A stretch of DNA of 51,251 bases from NCBI GenBank assembly GCA_937890335.1, contig CALBXO010000741.1:1-51251 (forward strand), in the 5' to 3' direction. Origin of the DNA: an uncultured Pseudomonadota bacterium. Its GTDB lineage: Bacteria > Myxococcota_A > Bradymonadia > Bradymonadales > GCA-2716585. Of this stretch, positions 35,624-49,805 are shown in pieces (position 1 is the stretch's first letter; each line of letters starts with the position of its first letter). Under the pieces are notes generated by a model. It saw only the letters and a list, made by a program, of their open reading frames with translations, was not told the origin of the DNA and ran no database searches. Position numbers and translations under genes: made by a program.

Positions 35624-36010
35624 TCACGAGCCCTCCCGACCCCGCTCGAGCCACTCAGCGACGAGCTGCGGCAGCTCACGGATGTCAAAGGGTTTGGCGA
35701 CATAGTCGTCGCAGCCAGCATCCAGGGACTTCTCCCGGTCACCCGGCATGGCATACGCTGTCAGCGCCACGATAATCAACCCCGCGGTCCGAGGATCCGC
35801 CCGGAGCAAAGTGGTGAGGGTCAGCCCGTCCATACCCGGCATCTGTACGTCCATCAGGACGAGGTGTGGCAACCAATCGGCCAGCGTGGCCTGGGCTTCG
35901 GCGGCGTTGCGCGCCACCCGAACGTCGTACCCGTGGTCCTGCAGTAGAATCCTGGTCAACTTCGCGTTGGGAGGGTCGTCGTCCACAACCAGAATTCGCG
36001 CGCCACCCAT
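35624..36010 (-). CDS. Single-domain response regulator (paralog of 33131-33532)
   Basis: I take the start at the internal ATG 36008-36010 (MGGARILVVDDDPPNAKL...VLMDVQMPGMDGLTLT...ALTAYAMPGD...DDYVAKPFD). The upstream part of the 364-aa track ORF is Val/Ala junk that overlaps the SGNH gene on the other strand. Confidence 0.88.
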   Translation of the reverse strand: MGGARILVVDDDPPNAKLTRILLQDHGYDVRVARNAAEAQATLADWLPHLVLMDVQMPGMDGLTLTTLLRADPRTAGLIIVALTAYAMPGDREKSLDAGCDDYVAKPFDIRELPQLVAEWLERGREGS

Positions 36011-36154
36011 CGTCCTGCTCCGCGGGACCCACCGACTTGCGCCCCACTGCGGCCGCGATCCCGTACCCACCATTTGCGCACCCGCGACGCGATCGCAAAC
36101 TCCGGCGTGCGGGGAACCGTGGCGACCCCACTCAGGATCTGCTACCATCCATTC

Positions 36155-37714
36155 ATGCGTTTCGTTGGACTGTTCGTCCTTCCCCTCGCGCTCGCCGCGT
36201 GCGGGGATGATTCCGGCTCCGGGCTCGCCCAGGAGACCATCGTCCCCGACGCCAGCGATGCATCCGACGCGGCGCCGGAACCTGACGTGACCACGGACGC
36301 CGCGCCCAACGACGTCGGCGACACCAGCCCCGACGCAAACGAGCGCGACGACGCGGGTGGCGATGTGCCCGACAACATGGACGCAGACATCGGGGACCTC
36401 AGCGATTCCGACGCCACGGACGACACAGCGGACGCTCTGGACTCGGACGCCGGCGACAGCGGCGACACCGACGGCGACGACACCGGCGACGTCGGCCCAG
36501 ACCTCCCCGACGGGGTCGGTCCACGCTGCTTCGGCGAGATCTGGAACGAGGAAGATCCGGGACCCGACTACGACCAATACATGCCCGTGGTCGGCGACCA
36601 CTGCCGCGGGACCAACTACCAGGACATCGTCGACGTGGAGCAGCTGGTGTTCCTGGGCGACTCCGTCACGCAGGGCACGCCGAACGACGAACACCTGCTG
36701 TGCATCGACAACGAGCACTTCTACCGCAACCTCCTGGCCGACTGGACTGCGGACCGCTTTGGCCTCGACAAGGGGGATCTGATCACCTACGGGCAGTGGC
36801 GCTCATACAGCTGCCTCTACAACGGCGAGCCCGGACTCCAGACCTCCGGCGACCTCCACAACTGCTCCAAATGGGGCGCCCGCACGGACGACTTCCTCGG
36901 CGACGCAAACTGCTCGGCGCACGAGGGCGACCTGCGCGAGCAATGCTGCAGCGTCTGCTGCGCCGACGGCACCTGCGGCGACAACGGCGCCTGCATCCGC
37001 GCGGCCAACGCCCCCGAACACGACGACCTCTGTGGCCGACCAGGCAAACAGATCTACCGGTGCCTTCCGGAGGGCGGCACCGCGCGGAACACGCTGTTCG
37101 TCTTCACCATGGGCGGCAACGACATCGCGAAGATTACCCAGGAGGGCGCGATGATCGACCCGGAGACGCCCGAGGGGGCCGCCGAGATCGAGGCGGGCTA
37201 CCCGACCATCTGGGCGCTGGCCGAGCGCACGGTCGCCTACCTGGAGCAGGCCATCGCCTTCCTCAAGGACCCGGAGCGCTTTCCCAACGGCAGCCATGTG
37301 CTCTTCGCCAACCCGTTCGAGTTCACCGACGGTACTGGCATGACGAGCGCGTGCTCGCCGGACTCGATCAACATCCCGGGGCTCGGCGAGCTGGACATCT
37401 CAGCGCTGGGCCTGAACCTGGCGGAGCTGGGCGGCTTTGGGGAGTGGGCGCAGCCGGAGGTCCAGGCTGAGATCGTGATCTGGATCCTCGAACAATTCAT
37501 GCGCATCGCCGACCAGTACGGCGCGGACATGATCTGGATGCTCGAACATTTCTGCGGTCACGGGTACGTCGCAACGGGGCCCGACGCGGACACGGAGAAC
37601 CGCTGCTACCGCGAGGGCGACCCCACCGTGTGGTTCGACATCAGCTGCATCCACCCGAACACGCTCGGCCACAACGCCATCTACGAGATGTTCCGCGCCG
37701 TGATCGCGGAGTAG
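36155..37714 (+). CDS. SGNH/GDSL-family hydrolase lipoprotein with an Asp-rich linker
   Basis: I take the start at ATG 36155 (MRFVGLFVLPLALAACG, a lipobox). A linker of about 100 aa is rich in D, S and T. The SGNH blocks are I LVFLGDSVTQG, III FTMGGNDI and V CIHPNTLGH. Confidence 0.8.
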   Translation: MRFVGLFVLPLALAACGDDSGSGLAQETIVPDASDASDAAPEPDVTTDAAPNDVGDTSPDANERDDAGGDVPDNMDADIGDLSDSDATDDTADALDSDAGDSGDTDGDDTGDVGPDLPDGVGPRCFGEIWNEEDPGPDYDQYMPVVGDHCRGTNYQDIVDVEQLVFLGDSVTQGTPNDEHLLCIDNEHFYRNLLADWTADRFGLDKGDLITYGQWRSYSCLYNGEPGLQTSGDLHNCSKWGARTDDFLGDANCSAHEGDLREQCCSVCCADGTCGDNGACIRAANAPEHDDLCGRPGKQIYRCLPEGGTARNTLFVFTMGGNDIAKITQEGAMIDPETPEGAAEIEAGYPTIWALAERTVAYLEQAIAFLKDPERFPNGSHVLFANPFEFTDGTGMTSACSPDSINIPGLGELDISALGLNLAELGGFGEWAQPEVQAEIVIWILEQFMRIADQYGADMIWMLEHFCGHGYVATGPDADTENRCYREGDPTVWFDISCIHPNTLGHNAIYEMFRAVIAE

Positions 37715-37750
37715 CCCCCGACGAAGCTGCGACAATTCGCAGGACGCCCG

Positions 37751-37846
37751 TCAGAACCAGGACGGTCCTTGGTAGAGGACCAGCAGCATCACGCTGGAGA
37801 TGAACAGTCCGAAGCCGAAGGCGAGCGACCAGAACGCGACGCCCAT
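37751..37846 (-). CDS. Possible 31-aa hydrophobic small protein
   Basis: MGVAFWSLAFGFGLFISSVMLLVLYQGPSWF has one TM-like helix. About 26 of its 30 post-ATG codons end in G/C, which is coding-like for this genome. It lies 41 nt downstream of the gamma-CA-like gene on the same strand. I see no convincing Shine-Dalgarno sequence. Confidence 0.35.
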   Translation of the reverse strand: MGVAFWSLAFGFGLFISSVMLLVLYQGPSWF

Positions 37847-37887
37847 TTGGGCCCGAAGCTGAGGAAGGAGCGCTGGTGCCGGCTCGG

Positions 37888-38415
37888 TCAGCCTTGCGCC
37901 TTGTACCGCGCCGCTTGTTCGACGTACCGCTTCCACGAGTATTCGATCCACTCCCTGTCCTTGTCCGAGAGTTGGCGCACCACTCGCCCCGGCGATCCGA
38001 GGATGAGCGAGCCCGGCGGGAACTTCTTGTTCATGGTCACCACGGCGCCCGCCCCGACGATCGACCAGTCGCCGATCTCCGCGTTGTCCAACACCACGCT
38101 GCCCATCCCGATGATGCAATTGCTCCCCACCTTGGCGCCGTGCAGCGTCACATTGTGACCGATGGTCACCTGGTCGCCCACGCAGGCGTCCGACATTCCG
38201 TCGGTCATGTGGATGACGGTGCCGTCCTGTACCGAACACCGCGCACCGAGAACGATCTTCCCGTCGTCACCGCGCAGGGTCGTGTTGGGCCAGATGGAGC
38301 ACTCGGGCCCCACGGTCACATCGCCAATCAGGACCGCGCGCCGATGCACGAACGCGGAAGGGTGCACGTCGGGGACGAGGTCCCCGAGCGCTTCGAGCCA
38401 AGGCTTGTCGTTCAT
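37888..38415 (-). CDS. Gamma-carbonic-anhydrase-family / hexapeptide-repeat protein (YrdA/PaaY-like)
   Basis: It has left-handed beta-helix hexapeptide repeats (LIGDVTVGPECSIWPNTTLRGDDGKIVLGARCSVQDGTVIH...GHNVTLHGAKVGSNCIIGMGSVV). The protein is 175 aa. Confidence 0.88.
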   Translation of the reverse strand: MNDKPWLEALGDLVPDVHPSAFVHRRAVLIGDVTVGPECSIWPNTTLRGDDGKIVLGARCSVQDGTVIHMTDGMSDACVGDQVTIGHNVTLHGAKVGSNCIIGMGSVVLDNAEIGDWSIVGAGAVVTMNKKFPPGSLILGSPGRVVRQLSDKDREWIEYSWKRYVEQAARYKAQG

Positions 38416-38417
38416 GA

Positions 38418-39149
38418 TCAGTCCGTGAAGAAGCCGCCACCGCCGACGGTCAGGCGAAAATAGCCGCCGGTGAACGCGACGCCCTCGAGGTTCTGAACGT
38501 CCTCTTCGAGATCGTTCTGCCAGGAGCCGCCTGCGACCGACGAGATGAAACCGAGCTCTGCGCCCACAATGAGTCCACCGCCGCCGGACCCATCCTCATC
38601 CTCCTGCAGCAACAGCGCCTGCACGCCGATGCCGAGCTCATAGTAGAAGAAACCCGTGACGAAGGTCTCCGACTCGCCGGGGCCGATGACCGCGTCGCCA
38701 AAGGTCATGTTTCGGGACGCTTGTCGGTTGCTGATCTGCACCTCGATGCTTGCGCCACCCACACCGGCATACGGGTAGAGAATCGCGTACTTCTCGCGGA
38801 GAATGTTGTACCCGAGGCTGAAGCCGCCGCCGCCGCCGCCCATGGCGACCGACCCCTTCTCAGTCTGGTAATCGGGGTGGACAAAGCCAAACCCATTGCC
38901 CCCGAGGATGACGCCTCCGACGTAGATCTTGCCGCCTCCGCCGATGCTGGCGGCCGTGCTGTTGATACCCGGCCCCGCGCCCAGGAGTGACTCTTCGGCC
39001 AGCACCAGGTCCAGGTTGAGGACCCCACCGCTCAGCACACCGGGGCTGAAGTGCCCAAACCCGCCTACCGTCGGCACGTCTTCCGCGGCCGCCACGCACG
39101 CCACGAGCAGAAGCGACGCAGAGATCGCCAAGAATGAGAGTTTCTTCAT
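38418..39149 (-). CDS. Secreted or lipoprotein-type glycine-rich protein, unknown function
   Basis: I take the start at the internal ATG 39147-39149 (MKKLSFLAISASLLLVACVAAAED, with a possible lipobox LVAC). It has multiple GGGG runs and alternating hydrophobic beta-like segments. It is divergent from the MopE-repeat operon. Confidence 0.75.
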   Translation of the reverse strand: MKKLSFLAISASLLLVACVAAAEDVPTVGGFGHFSPGVLSGGVLNLDLVLAEESLLGAGPGINSTAASIGGGGKIYVGGVILGGNGFGFVHPDYQTEKGSVAMGGGGGGFSLGYNILREKYAILYPYAGVGGASIEVQISNRQASRNMTFGDAVIGPGESETFVTGFFYYELGIGVQALLLQEDEDGSGGGGLIVGAELGFISSVAGGSWQNDLEEDVQNLEGVAFTGGYFRLTVGGGGFFTD

Positions 39150-39298
39150 ACTCGTATTTGGTTGCGAACCCCCAGATCGTGTCAAGGCACCCAGCGCAAC
39201 CCATCAGGCACCTGGACGTTTGTATAGGCGACACACTTGCCGGTATACAGTACCCTCACGTGCGCTCAAATGGGTCTTTAAACATGTAGGGAGTCACC

Positions 39299-43839
<4,541 letters not shown>

Positions 43840-43843
<4 letters not shown>

Positions 43844-46800
43844 AGAAAACCATCGTGACCCTCAGCGTCGCCCTTGCGGCGCTGTCGGGTTGCTCCAGCG
43901 ACATCACCGGCCCCACGCCTTCGCTACCCGGCGAACCGGGCACCGACAGCGCCCCAGCGTCGCCGGGATTTGTCTGCAACGAGCAGATCGAGACCTGGGT
44001 GACGTTGACCGGTCACGGGTTCAGCCCGTTGCTCGAAGACGCCATCGCCGACGATGCGGACCCCTCCATCGTGCTGCCATCCGTCCAACTCTTCCTGGCG
44101 CAGGACCTCAATGGCGACTTGATCCAGGACGCCGAGGCGGTCGTCATCACCGGCTCAGAGGACGCCGACAGCCCTGTCCGATGGGAGGACAGGAACACCT
44201 TGCGCTTCCGCGTCACCCCCGAACATGCCCTGCCCGCGGGCGTCTACGGCGTCGTGGTCGTCAACCCCGACGGCAGGCGCGGCGTGGCGCCCGCCGCTTT
44301 TGCCGCAGTCGACAGGCCCACCGTGACCGGCATTGTGGACGAGCTCGCCTGCGTCGCCCAATCGGGCCGCAGCGCCGTCGTCAGCGGCACAGGATTCCTC
44401 GTCCGGGGTGACACGCTTCCGCAAGTCACCGTAGGTGATGTTGTCTACCAGCCAACCGGTGCCGAGGGGTGCACCGACCTACCCAAGGTCTTTGGCACGT
44501 GGACAATGTGCACCTCGCTGTCCATCGACATCGCGCAGGACGACTTTGCGCCCGGATTGTTCGACGTGTCGGTCCAGAACCCGGCGCCAGCCGCGTGCGG
44601 CACGCTACCCGACGACGGCGTGCAACTCACGGTCGTCCCGCCGCCCGCCGTGGCCGACATTCAGCCCGAACCCACATGCTCGGAGCAGCTCGACTACGAG
44701 ATGTCCGTCACCGGCACCGGCTTTGTCCGCATTGGTGGCGACTCGGCGGCGCTGCCCACCGTACAGATCGGCGACATCACGTACGACGCCACGGAGGCCC
44801 GCGGCTGCACGGACATCGATTCGCTGGCGGTTCTTGAGGCGCAGACGTGCACGGAGCTGGTCATCGCCGTACCCGCGGGAGACCAACCGCCCGGCAACCA
44901 GCCGGTGCAGGTCACCAATCCGCTCCCCGCAGGCTGCGGGTCCACCGAGGCGGTGGACCTCACGGTCGTACCCCCGCCCCAGATTGACTCCATCGATCCA
45001 CTGCCCGTTTGCACGGCCCAGGCGGACACGGTGCTCAACCTGCGAGGTCGCGACTTTCTCACCGTCGGTGACGCCAACCCGACCGCCCTCATCGAGGGTG
45101 AGGAGTACCCTGCCACAGCCAGCGACTGCGAACCCGTGGAGGGCCCCGCAGTCGCGACACAGACCTGCCAGTCCCTGTTGATCACGGTCCCCGCGGGCAG
45201 CTTTCCAGACGGCGGCGCCGTCGAGGTCGCCGTGCGCAACCCCGACCCCGCCGCCTGTACCACGGTGGAGACCGCGACTCTCATCACGGTCCCGCCGCCG
45301 GCGCTCACGTCTCTGGACGCCAATTTCGCGTGTCTGGAGACCGCCATCGGGACCTCCACGCTCCACGGCGAGGGCCTCCTGCGAATTGGGGATGAGGTCC
45401 CCGAGGTCACAGTCGGGGGCCAACCCGCGACGGTCGAATCCCTGGACGATTGCACGCCGCTCGACGGCGTGGAGGGGGTCGATGTCTGCCGCCAGGCGAC
45501 GCTTGTCCTGCCCATGGGGGCCACCGAGCAGGAGCTCGATGTGGTCGCGACCAATCCACTGCCGGCCGGCTGCAGCAGCGATCCCATTACCCTGCGCAAC
45601 TTCGCGCCCCCGACGGTCCTCAGCGCGGCGCCAGTGCTCTTCTGCAACGGGGACGGCGGCACGGGGATGAACATCACGGGCACCGGCTTCTACGCCGTGG
45701 ACGACGCGCTGCCGTCCATGGTCGTCGGTGAGACCGTCGTCCTGGCGGACGCGGTGAGACCGTCGTCCTGGCGGACGCGGTGGAAGGTTGCGAGACCGTG
45801 GACGGACTCAGCGCCGAGGTCCGAAACTGCACCATGTTGACCGCCACGCTCCCGGCGAACTCTGCGGCCCCGGATGTCTACGAGATCGCGGTGATCGGCG
45901 CCGCCCCGCTGGCCTGTCCTCAGGTGGACCCAGGTCCCCAGGTCGTCGTCGCCGGCGCGCCATTCATCGAGTCCTACGAGCCGCCCGCCGTGTGCCGCGG
46001 TCAGTTTGACGGCGTGATGACGGTGCGCGGCACAGGTTTCTTTGAGATCGACGGGGCGTCGCCCACGGTGACTGCCAACGGACAGCCCGCGGAGGTGACC
46101 GGCTCCGTGGACTGCGTCGCCGTGGACACGGCGCCGGGTGTCGTCGCGTGCAACGGCATCGACATCCTCGTGCCCGAGTCGCTTCGCGACGAAGACCTCC
46201 TCGTGGCGCTGACCAACCCGGCCCCAGCCGACTGCGAGACCGCGACCATCGAGGTTCCGTTGGAGGAGCCCCCCGTCATCGACGACGTTCAGCCACGCAA
46301 GATCTGTGACGCCGGCGGCTCGCTGGAGCTGACGGGTGACCATTTTGCCGACGGAATGGTGGTGCGTCTGGACGGCGTGGACGCCGAGTCTGTGGAAGTC
46401 CATTCGCCGCAGTCGGCTACCGCGACCTGGTCCGGCCCCCTCACCCCAGGACTCGCGACGCTGGAGGCGCAGAACCCGTCGGGCTGCATGGCGACCTTCG
46501 AGACCGTGATTCGCATCACGGAAGGTCCGGTCGTCTTCTACGTGGACCCGCCGGTGCTCTACAACGGCGTCGCCATCCAGGTCACTGTCTTCCTTGGCAA
46601 CCTGTACGGAGGGTCGGTGACGGAGGTGATGCTCACGGGTCCGGACGACAGCGTCCACGAGCTGGAGTTTACGTTTGACTCCGAGCGCCCCGGACGCGTC
46701 CAGGCCATCGTCCCCGCCGGACTGACCGCCGGGTTGTACGACGTGACGTTGGCGGACGACGTGGACTGCCTGGGAACCACCGAGGACCTTGTGCTGGTCA

Positions 46801-48806
46801 CGGACGAGACCCGCGTCGCCCTCAGCGCGATCGCCCCGCCGTTCGGCTGGACCTCGGCGATCACCGGCGTGACGCTCACCACGCCGGACCCGATTCCCAA
46901 TGATTTGTCCCCGTTCCTCGCCACGCCCCGCGCGTACATCAACCCGTCTGACGCCCAACCCGGCGACATCGCCACGGAGATCAAAGCGCTGGCGTTTGTC
47001 GGGCCGCAGGAGCTGACGGGCATCGTCCCCGACGGACTCCCGCCCGGCACCTATGACGTGATCGTCGTCAACCCCGACGCGACAGTGGGTGTCCTGGACG
47101 CCGGCTTCACGGTGACCGTGGACCCGCCGCCCATCGTGACCGGGGTGAACCCTGGCTCCTGGGAGACCAACGAGGAGGCGCTCGCGTTCCGCATCGACGG
47201 CAACAACTTCACCGACGTGACGGTGACCGCAGAGTGCGTGGACTCGGCGGGCAACGCGCTCCCGGCCCCCAACTTCACCATCGGTGCGGTGACACCGCAG
47301 ACCATCGACGCCACGGTGAACACGTCCTCCCTGTCCCACCTGTCGGTCTGCGCCCTGCAGGTGACCAATGCCGACGGCTCGTTTGACGAGTTCAGCCCCG
47401 TCACCGTGACGAACCCGGCGGGTAATTTCGTCTCCTTCCGCACCGGCCCTCAGCTGGAGACCGCGCGTCGTGGCCCAGCCATGGTCGGCGGCGCGCCGGC
47501 TCGGACCACGCGCATTCTCTACGCCCTGGGCGGGGACGACGGGACCGCCGACGGGGCCCTGTCCACAGGCGAGTACGCCACGCTCGACCGATTTGGTCAG
47601 CCGCAGGTCTGGCAACCCTTGCCGGGGTCACTGCCCACGCCGCTGGCCCAGACCCGCGCGGTCCGGGTCCGGGACTTTGTGTATCTTCCCGGCGGACGCG
47701 ACGCGGACGGGGCCTCAAGCGATGTCTGGCGCGCCCAGATCCTCGACCCGCTGTTCGTGCCCAGCATCGACAGCGTCGACTTCGACTTCCCTGAGGGTGG
47801 CGAGGACGGCTTCCTGGAGGGTGTCTACTACTACCGGGTGTCTGCGGTCCTCGCCGGTGACAATCCTGCCAACCCCGGCGGCGAGACCCTCGCCTCCGAG
47901 GCGCAGCCGCTGTTTGTCCCGAGCCTCGACCGTGCGCTGCACATCGCAATCGGCTGGACGCCGGTGGACGACGCTGTCTCCTACCGCATCTACCGCACCG
48001 AACTGCCGGACGCGCAGGCCGGTCAAGAGCAACTTCTGGCCGAGATTCCCGGTGACGAACTGGCCTACGTGGACGACGGTCTGACGCCGTTCCTGGACAC
48101 CACGGGGCCCCTGCCGATTGGCGCGCTCGGGAACTGGCGCTCCGTCGCGACCCTCTCCACCGCCCGGTACGACCACGGTGTGGCGGTCAGCGCAGACCTC
48201 GAGGACCCAGCGGTCCACCACATCGTCATCGCCGGCGGCACGGACGGCGTGGACCTCAACGCCGACGTGGATGTCATCACCGTGACTGTGAATGGACCCC
48301 GCGATCAGACCGTTGGGCTCAGCACCACGACCGACTACCTGGACGAGCCGCGCACCGGACTGGAAGTCGTGGTCGCCGACCCGACCAACTCCAGCCTCCT
48401 GGCGCCGGACAGGGCGTTCGTCTACTTCCTGTCCGGGTCCGGAGACGGCGACATCACGCAGACCGACTTCGCGCCCCTGATGCCCGGCGGAGCGCTCGGC
48501 ACGCTGGACACCACGGAGCGGCTGCGTCCATTCCGGGCCCACTACGTCGCCGCGGTGGCCAACAACACGCTGGTCGCCGTGGGAGGCCAGGGTGACTCGC
48601 CGAGTTCGACGGGCCAGAGCAGCGGCCTGGCTGGACGGGACGGCACCTTGGACAACTGGAACTCCCTCGGCAACACCGGTCTTCTGGACCGGGTGCGCAT
48701 GGGTCGCGCCGTGTTTGGCGGTTTCCTCTACATCGGGGGCGGCACTGGCCCCATGGACGGCGCAACCCGCGCCGTTGAGTTCTCCATCTTGGGAGGTGTC
48801 CCGTGA
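43840..48806 (+). pseudogene. Giant IPT/TIG-repeat plus Kelch-like lipoprotein gene, split into two ORFs (43840-45840 and 45780-48806) by a 26-bp tandem duplication
   Basis: The GTG start overlaps the upstream TGA and the lipobox is MKKTIVTLSVALAALSGC. About 10 Ig-like modules of roughly 95 aa each share the pattern P..(I/V)....P...C......(L/V)..(T/R)G.GF.......P.V.(V/I)G........(D/G)C.......C..L...(L/V)P. The C-terminal third has Kelch-like blades. Removing one copy of the 26-mer fuses the two ORFs in frame to give ...GETVVLADAVEGCETVDGLSAEVRNCTMLTATLP, which restores the module pattern. Confidence 0.8.
45727..45778 (+). repeat. Exact 26-bp tandem duplication (2 x GGTGAGACCGTCGTCCTGGCGGACGC), followed by GGTG microhomology
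   Basis: Copy 1 is 45727-45752 and copy 2 is 45753-45778, identical base for base. The next 4 nt, GGTG, repeat the unit's start. Because 26 is not a multiple of 3, the reading frame shifts and a TGA follows at 45838-45840. Confidence 0.95.
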
Positions 48807-49441
48807 CGATGCGCATTTTGACCGCAACCGGAGCGCTGCTGGCGGTGCTCGCTTTCTCCAGCGCCGCCCTCGCTGACAAGCCCGGCTACTTCGTCGCGCC
48901 CCACGTCGGCGTCCTGGTGCCTCAGCTGGCCACGGAGCTCGACAGCTCCGTCGTGTTTGGGCTCGAACTGGGCTATGTGGTGCCCGTGGACATGGGCGGC
49001 TTTGTGCGCCCACTCGGCTTTGAGTTCGACGTCATGGGAACCCTGCCCGGCGCCAGCGGTGGCGGCACGTCCGAGCAGCTCGGCGAGGACGGCGGCACCT
49101 ACGACTACGATGTCCGCGTGACGATGGTGATCCTGGAGCTGACGGCGAGCTGGCGTTTCGACATCACCGACATCGTCGGCGTCTACGTCCAGGCTGGACC
49201 GCGGGCCTACTTCATCCAGACCACCGTGGACGCCAGTTCCGGCACCGCCGACTTCGGGCGTCGCACACAGGGTGACAACGCCTTCGGCGGCGTGTTCGCG
49301 GTGGGCGGCGACCTCACGCTCGGTCCCGGCGCGGTCTTTCTGGCTGCCGAGTACGCGGGTAGCGACCTGAAAACCCGCCTCGCGGGGGACGCAAACACGG
49401 GTGCGCTGGCGTTTGACCTGGGTTACCGCATCCGCTTTTGA
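48803..49441 (+). CDS. Outer-membrane beta-barrel protein (OmpW/OmpA-barrel-like)
   Basis: The signal peptide is MRILTATGALLAVLAFSSAALA-DK. It has alternating amphipathic beta-strand segments and a C-terminal beta-signal ending in Phe (...AFDLGYRIRF). GTG 48803 overlaps the upstream TGA, and ATG 48809 is an alternative start. Confidence 0.75.
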   Translation: MTMRILTATGALLAVLAFSSAALADKPGYFVAPHVGVLVPQLATELDSSVVFGLELGYVVPVDMGGFVRPLGFEFDVMGTLPGASGGGTSEQLGEDGGTYDYDVRVTMVILELTASWRFDITDIVGVYVQAGPRAYFIQTTVDASSGTADFGRRTQGDNAFGGVFAVGGDLTLGPGAVFLAAEYAGSDLKTRLAGDANTGALAFDLGYRIRF

Positions 49442-49510
49442 CCCACGCCCGACACGTGCGCAGATCGTGCGGGAAGCTCGCCCGATTCCGAGTGAGCCGT
49501 CGGCCATCGT

Positions 49511-49798
49511 GTGATACTACTGGGCTCGATGGCGCGAAACCTCGACGACGTGAATCATCTTGTTGTCGTCTGCGTGGGCAAGGACTGCCGCAAACGTGGC
49601 GCCAGCGCCGTGCGCCGCGCCGCCAAGGACTGCCTTCAGGAAGCTGGTGTCCGCCGCACGTCCCTCGTGCTCAAGACCAAGTGCGCGGGCATGTGCAAGC
49701 AAGGGCCCGTGCTGTGCCACCAGCCGTCCAACACCTGGCTCACGGACGCGACCCCAAAGCGGGTCCGCACCCTCCTCACTACGCTGCTGGAAGGGTAG
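49511..49798 (+). CDS. Thioredoxin-like (2Fe-2S) ferredoxin-domain protein
   Basis: The Cys pattern is VVVCVGKDCRKRG...KTKCAGMCKQGPV (CxxxxC...CxxxC), typical of NuoE-type 2Fe-2S ferredoxin-like proteins. The start is GTG 49511 or ATG 49529. Confidence 0.55.
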   Translation: MILLGSMARNLDDVNHLVVVCVGKDCRKRGASAVRRAAKDCLQEAGVRRTSLVLKTKCAGMCKQGPVLCHQPSNTWLTDATPKRVRTLLTTLLEG

Positions 49799-49805
49799 TG
49801 CCGGT

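Noticed and set aside
45690-47615. 641-aa minus-strand ORF
   Set aside because: It is antisense to the IPT/TIG-Kelch gene, with an Arg/Gly/Val-rich translation and no motifs.
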